A DNA stretch of 64,000 nt from Clostridiales bacterium UBA1234 (lineage in GTDB: Bacteria; Bacillota; Clostridia; TANB77; UBA1234): assembly GCA_002308995.1 (NCBI GenBank), contig DBWQ01000013.1, positions 58,765 through 122,764 of the forward strand. Direction: 5' to 3'. The translations under genes and the position numbers were made by a program. Shown piece after piece: positions 20,567-30,676 of this stretch. Numbering within the stretch: the first letter of the stretch is position 1; each line of letters begins with the position of its first letter. The notes under the pieces are model-generated. The model had not been told where the DNA came from. It ran no database searches and saw nothing but the letters and a program-made list of their open reading frames with translations.

Positions 20567-20580
20567 TGGTAACCTCCATT

Positions 20581-20952
20581 TTATACTTTTGTAATTTCAA
20601 CCGTATTGAGATATTCCCCTATTCCATGATTAGAAATCTTGTACCTAAGTGTTATCAAAAAGGGATTTTTTTGTATCTCCATTTGTTCCCCAATTATTTC
20701 TAGCTCTATTGTACCATAAGGAGTAGGATAAGTGTTAATCATTTTTTCATTCATGGTGATGAACAGCTGATGACCTTCTTTGATGATAGTTACCTCTTGA
20801 TGGGTAAAATCAAATATCATTTGATTATTGGGATAAATAATCACAACTTTATGATTAGACTCTTCTATTTCTGCCTCAGAAATAGTTTGCATGATTTCTT
20901 CCTCATGGTCTTGATATTTTTGAATACTTTTGATTTGTAGTTTCATAAGCAT
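20581..20952 (-). CDS. DUF1934 (YwiB-like) beta-barrel protein
   Basis: Start trimmed to the ATG at 20952, 2 nt after the ddl stop, with a GAGGA RBS. Pattern ...YPTPYGTIELEI...LRYKI...GEY resembles the YwiB family. Confidence 0.6.
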   Translation of the reverse strand: MLMKLQIKSIQKYQDHEEEIMQTISEAEIEESNHKVVIIYPNNQMIFDFTHQEVTIIKEGHQLFITMNEKMINTYPTPYGTIELEIIGEQMEIQKNPFLITLRYKISNHGIGEYLNTVEITKV

Positions 20953-20953
20953 C

Positions 20954-22144
20954 TTATTCCTCTGGTGTTTTAGCGCCACCAAAATTCTCCATGATAGCCG
21001 AATGATATGTGTACGTATTACGATTTTTCTCGGCATGTTCTTTTTCTGCTATATCAATCATTTCATCAATAATACGATAAAACTCATACCCATCATATTT
21101 CCACAAATAGCAAGCCATAGAACCTGGAATCGTGTTAATCTCATTGATGTATATTTTATCTTCCATATTATCAATTAAAAAATCTACTCTTACAACGCCT
21201 TTGACGTTTAGTGCTTTAAATACTTCTGCTGTTAAGAATTTAATATATCCTTCTTTTTGAGTATCAAGTAATGCTGGAACCTTTCTTGACATGGAAGCCA
21301 TCCCATTTTCACTACTTTTGCTTCCTGCAAGCTTACCCCCTTTACCACCATTCATGTACTTATCCTCAAAGGTTAAAAATTCTTGCCAACTCATTGGCTC
21401 TTCTGTAGTAGAAACTCTTACTTGGTTTCCTCTCCCAATGGCAGCGCAATTGACTTCTTTGACATCTTCAATTGCTTTTTCTACAACAATTCTTTCATCA
21501 AAAGCAGTAGCTATCGTTATGGCATTGGTTAGGCTTTCTCTATCTTTAGCTTTCGTTATCCCAATACTTGATCCAAGATTGGCAGGCTTAACAAAAAGAG
21601 GATATGGCAATTTATTTTCAATCGTTGATAAAACAGCATCAGGATTTTTCTCCCAATCTTCTCGAATAAAATAGGTATATGGTAATACTGGAAAAGAATT
21701 TGCTTCAAATACTTTTTTCATCATAATCTTATCCATACCAACACTTGAACCAACGATACCAGAAGAAGTGTATGGGATATTGGCAAGCTCTAAAAGTCCT
21801 TGCACACTTCCATCTTCTCCATTCATTCCATGTAGTGCTACAATGACGCAATCTAGTTTCGTATAACTTTCTTTGGAGAAAAGCGATTTTTGTCCCATCA
21901 CAATTCCTGGTCGATTTGGTGCAATGTATCCTTTCATTAACCCATCTTTATAGGAGTTAAATTCCGGATAGATTTTCGCATTAAATAAATTCTTATCAGC
22001 ATACCATTCTCCATCATCGTGAATATAAATAGGGATAATATCATATTTGGAGCGATCCATATTCTCCATGATTTGTAGTCCCGTAATCACAGAAACATCA
22101 TGCTCACAACTAACCCCACCATAAATAACTCCCACTTTTTTCAT
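20954..22144 (-). CDS. ddl: D-alanine--D-alanine ligase (long form, 396 aa)
   Basis: MKKVGVIYGGVSCEHDVSVITG N-terminus, ATP-grasp core, EINTIPGS C-terminal motif. It carries a Gly/Ser-rich insertion (GGKGGKLAGSKSSENG). Confidence 0.88.
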   Translation of the reverse strand: MKKVGVIYGGVSCEHDVSVITGLQIMENMDRSKYDIIPIYIHDDGEWYADKNLFNAKIYPEFNSYKDGLMKGYIAPNRPGIVMGQKSLFSKESYTKLDCVIVALHGMNGEDGSVQGLLELANIPYTSSGIVGSSVGMDKIMMKKVFEANSFPVLPYTYFIREDWEKNPDAVLSTIENKLPYPLFVKPANLGSSIGITKAKDRESLTNAITIATAFDERIVVEKAIEDVKEVNCAAIGRGNQVRVSTTEEPMSWQEFLTFEDKYMNGGKGGKLAGSKSSENGMASMSRKVPALLDTQKEGYIKFLTAEVFKALNVKGVVRVDFLIDNMEDKIYINEINTIPGSMACYLWKYDGYEFYRIIDEMIDIAEKEHAEKNRNTYTYHSAIMENFGGAKTPEE

Positions 22145-22163
22145 AAAAAAACCTCCTTATTTC

Positions 22164-23834
22164 TTATTCATTATAATTATCCGGCAAATCATTTTCAAAC
22201 AAAACGACATCGCCTTTTTGAGATATTTCTTCTAGTTTTTTGGTTGCGCTCTTTAAGCTATCTACCACATACAAATTCATTTCATCAAATTCGTTTTCTC
22301 TTAAGCCTTTGGCGATAGGTTCACTTCTTTTCTTACCAACTAAAATCGCGATATCCACCGTATCTGCCATTTGTTTTCCAAACTCGTAATTATACTGGTA
22401 TTCTGACGAACCTAGCTCCACCATTCCTGGTGTAATAATGATTTTTCTTCCTTCAAATCGTTTTAAAACGTTCAATGCTTCTTTGCTTCCCTCAGGATTC
22501 GAATTAAACGCATCATCAATGACAGTAATTTGATTCGAACGGTTGACAATTTGAAGACGATGCTTCACTGGCATGATTTGCGCTACGCCCCTTGCTATCT
22601 CTTCCTTAGTAAGACCTAGTTCGATAGCAATGGCAATACATCCCAAAATATTTTTCACACTATGTTCCCCTAAAAGCTTAGAAACACATTTAATCTCTCC
22701 AATTGGTGTTACCGCTACAAACGAGCAACCTTCAGATGTTAATTTGATATTCTTGGCATATACATCTGACTTTTTATCGTCTAAAGCATAAGAATATTTC
22801 TTTCTTTTTTCTTCTTTGAAAATCTCTGAGCAGTACGAGTGATCATTAGGAAGCACTACCACACCATCATGAGGAAGAGCTTTAATGAGTTCCTTCTTGG
22901 CTTTCACGATATTCTCCATTTTTTTGAAAGATTCTAAATGTTGTGGGCCAATCGACGTAATGATACCAATTTTAGGTTTAACAAAATCACATATTTCCTG
23001 AATTTCAAAGCGATATCTTGCTCCCATTTCTGCAATAAAGACTTGATGCTCTGGTTTTAATTGTTCTCGAATAACTTTTATATTACCAAATGTCGTGTTA
23101 TAGCTTTCTGGCGTTGATAATACATGGTACTTTTGACTAAGAATGGTATCAAGAATAAATTTCGTACTTGTCTTACCATAGCTTCCTGTAATACCGATTT
23201 TTATGAGATGACGATATGCTTTTTTGCGTAACTTCCATTTTGCTTTTCGAATATAACTATCTTTAATGATTGTTTCTGTTGGTGATGCCAAGAAGAGTGC
23301 AATGACCATACCAACAGGGAGCTGCAAAGTAAATAAGCTATAAATCATCGGCTTTAACAGATAAAACATTGGTGTTCCCTGATAAGGGTATAAAAACATG
23401 ACACTAAGTAGAATCACCGTGATGGCATTCCAAAACATTAAGCGTTTGGCTCTGGCTGTATACACAAGTGGTTTTTTGGCTTGTTTTCTTTCTTTTTTAC
23501 TCTTCATCGCTTTGACAATGTTAGGAATCATATAGACAAAAGCAAGTACGATACACTCTACTTCAAATAAAAATCTGGCACTAGTTTCTGGTAAGTGAAC
23601 TAACAATTTGGCATTGATAAGTATACAAAGGCCATACACAATCGCTGTTCCAATGGCTTGTGGAACCTCTTTTAGGAACGCCATTTTAGGGTTTTTGCAA
23701 ACCCAACGAAAAAAATCAGCTTCTTTATACCCTTCCAATTGAGCAAAATGTAGCATTCTTGGCACACTCATCATATACACAATAAATGCGCCATATGTAA
23801 TAACTCCCACAAGAAATAGTTCAAAAATATACAC
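22164..23834 (-). CDS. Mur-ligase family protein (MurF-like central and C-terminal domains) fused to an N-terminal ~5-TM membrane domain
   Basis: GITGSYGKTSTK P-loop at ~aa 215. DDAFNSNPEGS and PGMVELG motifs as in MurF. The first ~185 aa are hydrophobic helices in place of the usual MurF N-domain. Confidence 0.8.
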   Translation of the reverse strand: MYIFELFLVGVITYGAFIVYMMSVPRMLHFAQLEGYKEADFFRWVCKNPKMAFLKEVPQAIGTAIVYGLCILINAKLLVHLPETSARFLFEVECIVLAFVYMIPNIVKAMKSKKERKQAKKPLVYTARAKRLMFWNAITVILLSVMFLYPYQGTPMFYLLKPMIYSLFTLQLPVGMVIALFLASPTETIIKDSYIRKAKWKLRKKAYRHLIKIGITGSYGKTSTKFILDTILSQKYHVLSTPESYNTTFGNIKVIREQLKPEHQVFIAEMGARYRFEIQEICDFVKPKIGIITSIGPQHLESFKKMENIVKAKKELIKALPHDGVVVLPNDHSYCSEIFKEEKRKKYSYALDDKKSDVYAKNIKLTSEGCSFVAVTPIGEIKCVSKLLGEHSVKNILGCIAIAIELGLTKEEIARGVAQIMPVKHRLQIVNRSNQITVIDDAFNSNPEGSKEALNVLKRFEGRKIIITPGMVELGSSEYQYNYEFGKQMADTVDIAILVGKKRSEPIAKGLRENEFDEMNLYVVDSLKSATKKLEEISQKGDVVLFENDLPDNYNE

Positions 23835-23847
23835 TGCTATTCCTCCA

Positions 23848-24615
23848 TTACTCTTCTAAAAATTGATCAACAGCAATACTAAACTGTTTCGGTGCATCGA
23901 GATACGAAAAGTGAGCAGCATTTTCTAAGATGACCAATTTCGAGTTGGGTATTTTTTCTTGCATCACTTTTGCCATGTATAGTGGCGTATCTTGATCATT
24001 ATTTCCCCATATCAATAAAGTTTCATTTGAAATTCTGATAAGGTAATCGGTTAAATCAAGTGCTATCACTTGACTAAACGTTTTTCTCATCACTTCCGAA
24101 GTTAAGGCAGCATAATCCGAAGAAGCAAATTTTTGTCGCATCGTTTCCATCTTTTTTTGATAGTTTTCCACCGATAAGAAGTGTTTATATACCCATTTTC
24201 CACTTTTAAACAACCCTATTTTCATTTTCTGTTTCAGAGACCTTTTTGGTTTCACCCCAGCGGCATCCACTAACACAATTTTGCGAAAGACACTCTCATT
24301 TTGTGAGGCCATAAAAATAGCAACTCTTCCTCCAAAAGAATGTGCAATCACATCCGGTTTTTCGATATGCAATGTTTGCATAAAATCATTTACTAATTTA
24401 GCATATTCTGGTATACCCCATGGTTCTTTCGGTTCGGATGACTCATTGCTCTGCCCAGGAAAATCGATTGCATATACCTTACGTTTTTGTGAAAAGAATT
24501 TCCCTATAGGTGCCATGGAACCTATCGATCCACCCCATCCATGAAGAAGAAGAAGTGGATAACCTTCCCCCATCTCCTCATAATGTAGTAAGACACCATC
24601 TATCTCAATAATCAT
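23848..24615 (-). CDS. alpha/beta hydrolase
   Basis: HGWGGS oxyanion region, nucleophile elbow AHSFGG, C-terminal NAAHF. Confidence 0.8.
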   Translation of the reverse strand: MIIEIDGVLLHYEEMGEGYPLLLLHGWGGSIGSMAPIGKFFSQKRKVYAIDFPGQSNESSEPKEPWGIPEYAKLVNDFMQTLHIEKPDVIAHSFGGRVAIFMASQNESVFRKIVLVDAAGVKPKRSLKQKMKIGLFKSGKWVYKHFLSVENYQKKMETMRQKFASSDYAALTSEVMRKTFSQVIALDLTDYLIRISNETLLIWGNNDQDTPLYMAKVMQEKIPNSKLVILENAAHFSYLDAPKQFSIAVDQFLEE

Positions 24616-24697
24616 ACTACCTCCATTATTACTATGATTCTATGCTATTATTGTATTCTTTATGCTTAAAAAAAGCAAGTGAATTTGTCTTATAAAT

Positions 24698-24729
24698 AGG
24701 GACGAACCTCTTTCTTTAGGCTCGTCCCC
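24698..24729 (-). terminator. probable rho-independent terminator after the ABC-F gene
   Basis: gggacgaacc/tctttcttta/ggctcgtccc hairpin, followed on the minus strand by a T-rich tract. Confidence 0.55.
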
Positions 24730-24733
24730 CATA

Positions 24734-26344
24734 TTATAGTTCATATTCTCTTTTCTTTGCTCCAACATCGCTTTCTAGGTATTCATCATACGTCATTCTT
24801 CTATCCACCAACCCATTTGGAGTAATCTCAATAATACGGTTTGCAATGGTTTGCACAAATTGATGGTCATGAGAAGTAAATAGAATAATCCCTTTATAAT
24901 TGATTAGCCCATTGTTAAGTGCCGTAATCGACTCCAAATCTAAGTGGTTTGTTGGCTCATCAAAAATTAAAACATTCGCACCAGAAAGCATCATTTTGGC
25001 AAGCATGCACCTAACTCTTTCTCCTCCAGATAAAACATTCACCTTTTTTAAAGCTTCTTCTCCCGAAAATAGCATTCTTCCTAAAAAGCCTCTTACAAAG
25101 GTTTCTTCTTTGATTTTGGAATACTGCATTAACCAATCAACAATAGAGATATCTTGATTAAACTCAGAAGAATTATCCTTTGGAAAATAAGCAACAGAAG
25201 TAGTAATGCCAAATTTAAAATCGCCACTTTCTTGGGCGCTATTATCCGTTAAGATTTCAAAAAGCTCTGTTTTAGCAAGTCCCATAGGACCTACAAAGGC
25301 TATTTTATCTCCATTTTGAACATTAATAGAAATATTATTTAAAAGTTTCTTTCCATCTAGGGTTTTGCTTAAATTCTCAACAAATAATATTTCTTTTCCA
25401 GGTTCTCGATCCATTTCGAAATGAATGTATGGATACTTTCTGTTAGATGGTTTGATTTCATCCAACTCAATTTTTTCTAAAAGCTTTTTGCGGGAAGTTG
25501 CTTGCTTGGATTTAGAGGCATTTGCACTAAATCTACGAATAAATTCTTGCAACTCTTGTATTTTTTCTTCTTTCTTTTTATTGGCATCCTTCATTTGTTT
25601 TAGTGCAAGCTGACTAGATTCATACCAGAAATCATAGTTACCAGTATAAACTTGAATTTTGCCATAATCAATATCGGCAATATGTGTACAAACAGTATTT
25701 AAAAAATGTCTATCGTGTGATACCACAATCACCGTGTTTTCAAAATTGATTAAAAATTCTTCTAGCCACTCAATGGCTTCAATATCTAGGTAGTTAGTTG
25801 GCTCGTCCAATAACAAGACGTCAGGATTGCCAAATAGTGCTTGTGCTAAAAGCACTTTCACCTTTTGCGCCTCAGTCAGTTCTTTCATGTATTTATCATG
25901 AAATTCTGTTTCTAATCCTAACCCATTTAATAGCATCGCTGCATCTGCCTCGGCATTCCAACCATCCATTTCAGCAAACTTAGCCTCTAATTCACCCGCT
26001 TTGACGCCATCTGCTTCGGAAAAATCAGGCTTTGCATATAGAGCATCTTTTTCTTGCATGATTTTAAATAATTCTGTATTTCCCATGATAACTGTTTTTA
26101 AAACATTTTCTTCTTCGTAGGCATGATGGTCTTGTTTTAACACCGAAAGCCTTTCTCCTGGGTTCATGGTGATATCACCTTGTGATGGTTCTAGTTCGCC
26201 AGATAGTATTTTTAAAAAAGTGGTCTTTCCCGCACCATTGGCTCCAATTAAGCCATAGCAGTTGCCTGGTGTAAAAGCAATATTCACATTTTCAAAAAGG
26301 GTACGTTTTCCAAAACGTAGTGTCACTCCATTTGCACTAATCAT
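24734..26344 (-). CDS. ABC-F family ATPase (two ABC domains, no TM; YbiT/YkpA-like translation factor)
   Basis: Two Walker A motifs (GANGAGKTT, GPMGLAKTE), two signature/Walker B sets (LLLDEPTNYLD, LIFDEPTNHLD) and a charged inter-domain linker. Confidence 0.9.
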   Translation of the reverse strand: MISANGVTLRFGKRTLFENVNIAFTPGNCYGLIGANGAGKTTFLKILSGELEPSQGDITMNPGERLSVLKQDHHAYEEENVLKTVIMGNTELFKIMQEKDALYAKPDFSEADGVKAGELEAKFAEMDGWNAEADAAMLLNGLGLETEFHDKYMKELTEAQKVKVLLAQALFGNPDVLLLDEPTNYLDIEAIEWLEEFLINFENTVIVVSHDRHFLNTVCTHIADIDYGKIQVYTGNYDFWYESSQLALKQMKDANKKKEEKIQELQEFIRRFSANASKSKQATSRKKLLEKIELDEIKPSNRKYPYIHFEMDREPGKEILFVENLSKTLDGKKLLNNISINVQNGDKIAFVGPMGLAKTELFEILTDNSAQESGDFKFGITTSVAYFPKDNSSEFNQDISIVDWLMQYSKIKEETFVRGFLGRMLFSGEEALKKVNVLSGGERVRCMLAKMMLSGANVLIFDEPTNHLDLESITALNNGLINYKGIILFTSHDHQFVQTIANRIIEITPNGLVDRRMTYDEYLESDVGAKKREYEL

Positions 26345-26380
26345 GTTATTCTCTCCTATTTTTTGATTTTTAGCACATCA

Positions 26381-26409
26381 AATATACCATAAAACGGCTC
26401 TTTTATCAA
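26381..26409 (-). promoter_or_regulatory. putative sigma-A promoter of the ABC-F gene
   Basis: On the minus strand: TTGATA, 17-nt spacer, TATATT. It lies ~35 nt upstream of the AGGAGA RBS. Confidence 0.5.
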
Positions 26410-26430
26410 CAGTTTCTTACATGAATTTTC

Positions 26431-26685
26431 CATGCGCAATCAGGCCATTAAAATTGATTTGGGGCGCTGATATCAAATATCTTTTTGAAACCCCATCCTC
26501 CCCGCTTTTGGACAAATTAAACCCCTCTATGCCTAAGTCCACCCAATTATCGAGATACTCTCAATTTGATTTGGTGTGTACTTATACGGCAAGAGGGGCT
26601 AATTTTTTCCAAAACCACCCAAGGTTTCAAAAAGATATTTGATATATCGCCCAATTATGTTTTTTTAGGCCTGATTGCGTCATGA
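26431..26685. repeat. ~255-bp long imperfect palindrome (MITE-like element or large hairpin)
   Basis: Outer arms catgcgcaatcaggcc / ggcctgattgcg(t)catg. Inner arms of ~25 nt are near-perfect: gatatcaaatatctttttgaaacc (26469-26492) / ggtttcaaaaagatatttgatat(at)c (26623-26648). Further arms pair too (cccctct.tgcc, ttttgga.aaa.tta). The central loop is ~50 nt. Confidence 0.7.
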
Positions 26686-26692
26686 TTTCATA

Positions 26693-27857
26693 TTATTCAA
26701 GTGTTAAATCTCTTCTTTTAGGAATAAAATGGTCTCGATATTCTCGCATAAAATAATCGTCTGTCATGCCAGAAATATAATCAATTACCTTTCTCTCATG
26801 GCTTGTTTCTTTTTGATACTTTTTCGATTTTCCGTGCCAAAAAGAAGGTTTGAATCCTACCTGTTTTTTGGGAAACATCATCCAATAAGGCTTTAAATAA
26901 TCCCTCAAACATTCCTAAAAATAGTTCTTCACGATCTTCTTTTTTGGGGTTAGAATAAATATGTTTGTAGTTAAATTCTAATAACTTTTTCAGTGCCATG
27001 TATTTTTCCTTAGAAAACTCTAAATATGGTTTATCAAAGCTGTTCTCAATTAAATCTTCTACTAAAGCATCAATAATTTCTGAGTTTTTAGATCCTAATA
27101 CTTGGGTGATTTCTTCCGGAATATCTTCTCTTTTTAGTAGTTTTACTTTAATCGCATCTTCGATATCTCTTCCAATATAGGCAATCACATCTGAAATTCT
27201 AACGACGCATCCTTCTAATGTCATGGGTCTTAATGTTTTATCAAATCCTTTTTCAAGCCAAGTACGACGGTATTCTTCTAAAAATTCTTTCGGCGTTTTT
27301 TGATAATTCGGTTCATATTTCTTGCATAGAAACTCTCCATTATGACATAGGATTCCATCCATAACTTGCACCGTGATATTTAAACCATTTCCCTTGTTTT
27401 CTACTTCATTTAAAACTCTCACACTTTGTGCATTATGTAAGAATAGTCCCATATGGTAGTTTTGGCTAATGGTATTTAAACATCTTTCGCCTGTGTGGCC
27501 AAAAGGGCTATGCCCTAAATCATGACCTAGTCCAATCGCTTCGATTAAATCTTCGTTTAATCTTAGACTTCTCCCAATCGTCCTTGCAATTTTAGATACA
27601 AACTGAACATGAAGACCTCGATGAGTGATTAAATCGTTATTGATAAGTGGAAACACCTGCGTTTTATCCATATAACAAGAATATGCATTCGAGTGAAGAA
27701 TTCTATCAGCATCCCTAAAAAAAGCTGGTCGTACATTAAATTCGTTTTTGCGATGTTCCTGTTTAAAGCGATACGCTTTTTCTGTTTGACAAGCATATGA
27801 AGAAAAATACTTCTCCAGTTCTTGATTATTTTCCATTACTATTTTTTCAAGTTCCAT
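26693..27857 (-). pseudogene. HD-domain dGTP triphosphohydrolase-like protein, interrupted by a +1 frame change at CGG (26834..26832)
   Basis: N-terminal part has HRGLHVQ...GLGHDLGHSPFGH. The C-terminal ORF carries VIDYISGMTDDYF. Skipping the C in GCA-C-GGA-AAA joins ...FFLA-GKSKKYQKETSHERKVIDYISGMTDDYF. Confidence 0.85.
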
Positions 27858-27872
27858 ACCCTCACTCCTACC

Positions 27873-28595
27873 CTATTTTTCTTTTAGCCATGAGACTTTC
27901 GTTACGTAGATGATTTCACAAGCACCATCACCGTAATCATCTCTTTTGGTACTAGAATGCCAAGTGTACTTACCATCTGGTCCCATCCAGTCCACATATG
28001 CTAAATATCCTTCAATTCTCACATAGTCTTCTCGTTTGATATTTTTAATCTCTTTTTCAATTTGGGCATCTGCTGCAATTAAATGGTTATTAGAAAAAAA
28101 CTTACCAATTTCTTTATCGCCACCTCTTTTGTGATACCAATCGACATTTTTAGTGCGATACAATAAAAATCTTGCGGGACTGTTTTCCCATTTTGCATTT
28201 TTCCACTCATCTGCTAGAAAGCCCCAGGCAATTCCCACATCAATCGGAGAAAATTTGTTAAAATAGTCATAATCATAGTAATTATATTTACTGATAACCA
28301 CACCATCAATTTGGTACTTAGCTACAAATTGAATGTCAATTGGAATGCCGTCTACTTCTTTGACAATTTCTCCACTTGCAGGTGTTTGAATTGGCTGATC
28401 TATGTTATGAAAATCATTGATATATTCATAATGCTTTAAAAATAGATGGTGCTTAGCATAATAGAAAAAAAGAAGTATTACAAGAAACACCACAATTTTA
28501 TTGCGTGTTTTTCTTTCTTTTTCAGTGATAGCTTTGATTTCTGCATCACTGATTTCTCCACTAACACCAAATTCATCATAATATTTTTTATCCAT
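27873..28595 (-). CDS. hypothetical membrane-anchored protein (240 aa)
   Basis: ORF with a single N-terminal TM helix (IVVFLVILLFFYYA). No recognised motif. Confidence 0.6.
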   Translation of the reverse strand: MDKKYYDEFGVSGEISDAEIKAITEKERKTRNKIVVFLVILLFFYYAKHHLFLKHYEYINDFHNIDQPIQTPASGEIVKEVDGIPIDIQFVAKYQIDGVVISKYNYYDYDYFNKFSPIDVGIAWGFLADEWKNAKWENSPARFLLYRTKNVDWYHKRGGDKEIGKFFSNNHLIAADAQIEKEIKNIKREDYVRIEGYLAYVDWMGPDGKYTWHSSTKRDDYGDGACEIIYVTKVSWLKEK

Positions 28596-28652
28596 AGTAA
28601 TGACTCCAAACCAAAAAACTATGTGATACAGCTACCACATAGTTTTTTATTA

Positions 28653-29414
28653 TTAGATACTAAATGTTCCATCTGTATTTAACGTAAATGGCATCTCAAA
28701 AGAAAGCTCTCCAAACACATTTGCTGCTGCCATAGAAGGCGCAAAATAAATCACTAGCTTATCGTCTTTAATATAAAAAGCTTGCTTTTGTGGAAGTCTT
28801 GAAATACCATTTCCGCCTTGTAATTCAATGTTTTGCTCTGCTGCCTGCTTTGTGATTTCGTCAATAATTGCTTTTTCAAATTGAACACCTGGTTTAAATA
28901 ATTCTTCTAGATAAACAATTCTTTCTCTAGAAGCATCGATGCTATAAATATCCTTCCACTTATTAGAACGGATACCGCCTGTTTGATAGTCTTGTGAAAT
29001 CACTAAGAACAAATACTTTCCTGAGGTTAATTTCTCATAGGTAGTAACATACTCATATAATTCTGTTGGATCTGTTTTATCGTCTACTCGATATTCTACT
29101 TCTTGGATATATTTTTGTATGTTAGTGGCAATTTCTGTATTGATTGCATTTTGGAAGTTAGCATTATTGAAAGAGATAATTTTAGGATACTCGCAATCCA
29201 CTCTCTTATTATCTGTCTTGTTTTTAAATTCCACCTTTTCAACAATCACACTATCTGCCAAAACATCTGATTTGGTAGTTTCACCCTCACCAGAAGGCTC
29301 CTCAATAATCACTGGGACATTTTCGTCCTCATCCTTAGCAAAATACATCCATCCTGCATATCCAATGCCACCAAGAATCAAAAGAACCACCACTAACTTA
29401 ATTAAACTTTTCAT
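28653..29414 (-). CDS. DUF4163/DUF3298 (RsiV/PdaC-like) domain protein with N-terminal membrane anchor
   Basis: Signal-anchor MKSLIKLVVVLLILGGIGYAGW. The CEYPKIISFNNANFQNAINTEI pattern is typical of the DUF4163 N-domain. Confidence 0.6.
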   Translation of the reverse strand: MKSLIKLVVVLLILGGIGYAGWMYFAKDEDENVPVIIEEPSGEGETTKSDVLADSVIVEKVEFKNKTDNKRVDCEYPKIISFNNANFQNAINTEIATNIQKYIQEVEYRVDDKTDPTELYEYVTTYEKLTSGKYLFLVISQDYQTGGIRSNKWKDIYSIDASRERIVYLEELFKPGVQFEKAIIDEITKQAAEQNIELQGGNGISRLPQKQAFYIKDDKLVIYFAPSMAAANVFGELSFEMPFTLNTDGTFSI

Positions 29415-29478
29415 ATGTATACCCCCATCTCATCTATACTTAAATGTTAGCATATCAAAAATCATTATGCAAGTTTTT

Positions 29479-30537
29479 TTACTCTTCTTGTGCAAGTTTG
29501 CTTGCTCTATCAGCAGCATTCAAAGCATCAATCATTTCATCAATATTTCCATTTAAGAATTCATCCACTTGGAACATGCTAAGACCAATTCGATGATCCG
29601 TAATTCTTCCTTGTGGGAAATTATACGTTCTTATCTTTTCTGAGCGATCACCACTACCTACTTGACTCTTTCTTGCAGAAGCCAGCTCACTATTTTGTTT
29701 TTCTAATTCTGCCTCATATAGTTTAGAGCGAAGCATCTTCATGGCTGTTTCTCTATTTTGAATTTGAGAACGCTCTGTTTGGCATTCTACCACAACGCCT
29801 GTAGGAATGTGGGTAATACGAATGGCTGACTCTGTTTTGTTAATATGTTGGCCACCCGCACCACTTGAGCGAAACGTATCTACTTTTAAATCAGCTGGAT
29901 TGATTTCCACCTCAACATCATCTACTTCTGGAAGAACCGCAACGGTTGCTGTAGAAGTATGAATACGGCCACTAGATTCCGTGTCAGGAACCCTTTGTAC
30001 CCTGTGAACGCCACTTTCAAATTTTAATCTACTATAGGCACCTTTTCCAGTAATCATAAAGGTAACTTCCTTAATGCCTCCTAATTCCGTCTCATTTAGA
30101 TTTAAAACCTCTAATTTCCATCTTTTTCTTTCCGCATACATAGAATACATTCTAAACAAATCGCCAGCAAATAAAGAGGATTCTTCGCCACCAGCACCGC
30201 CTCTAATTTCCATGATAACGTTTTTATCATCATTTGGATCTTTTGGCACCAATAAAAGCTTTAGTTCTTCTTCAATTTGAGGAAGCTTTTCTTTGCTTTC
30301 TTCTAACTCCATTTGTGCCAAATCATGCATTTCTTTATCATTTAACATTTCTTTTAAATCTTCTATTGTTGATAATACTTTTTTGTATTCACGGTACTTT
30401 TCAACTACTTCTTCAATGTCTGCGTGCTCTTTCATGCATTTCTTCCACTCTGGTTGATTGGCAATCACTTCTGGATCACTAATTTTCAAATTTAACTCTT
30501 CATAACGTTTTTCAACGTTTTCTAACTTATCGAACAT
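29479..30537 (-). CDS. prfA: peptide chain release factor 1
   Basis: PxT-type RF1 sequence with the GGQ motif ([23 protein letters not shown]). Start is set at MFDKLE, which has a GGTGGAAGA RBS. Confidence 0.95.
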   Translation of the reverse strand: MFDKLENVEKRYEELNLKISDPEVIANQPEWKKCMKEHADIEEVVEKYREYKKVLSTIEDLKEMLNDKEMHDLAQMELEESKEKLPQIEEELKLLLVPKDPNDDKNVIMEIRGGAGGEESSLFAGDLFRMYSMYAERKRWKLEVLNLNETELGGIKEVTFMITGKGAYSRLKFESGVHRVQRVPDTESSGRIHTSTATVAVLPEVDDVEVEINPADLKVDTFRSSGAGGQHINKTESAIRITHIPTGVVVECQTERSQIQNRETAMKMLRSKLYEAELEKQNSELASARKSQVGSGDRSEKIRTYNFPQGRITDHRIGLSMFQVDEFLNGNIDEMIDALNAADRASKLAQEE

Positions 30538-30636
30538 AACTCTTCCACCTTTTGTGAGATTTTCCATGTTATTATAGTACAAAAGTCCTTAAAAAGCAAT
30601 ATCCTTTGGCAAAAGAGTAAAATTTTGGAAAACGTC

Positions 30637-30665
30637 AAAAAAGTCCTCTCGAAAAGGACTTTTTT
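30637..30665 (-). terminator. rho-independent terminator
   Basis: aaaaaagtcct/ctcgaaa/aggactttttt hairpin with a T-run. Confidence 0.65.
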
Positions 30666-30676
30666 GACGAAATTGC

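Noticed and set aside
20953-21036. N-terminal 28 codons of track ORF 20581..21036, overlapping the ddl 3' end.
   Set aside because: An out-of-frame overlap with conserved ddl coding sequence. An ATG with an RBS occurs 2 nt after the ddl stop.
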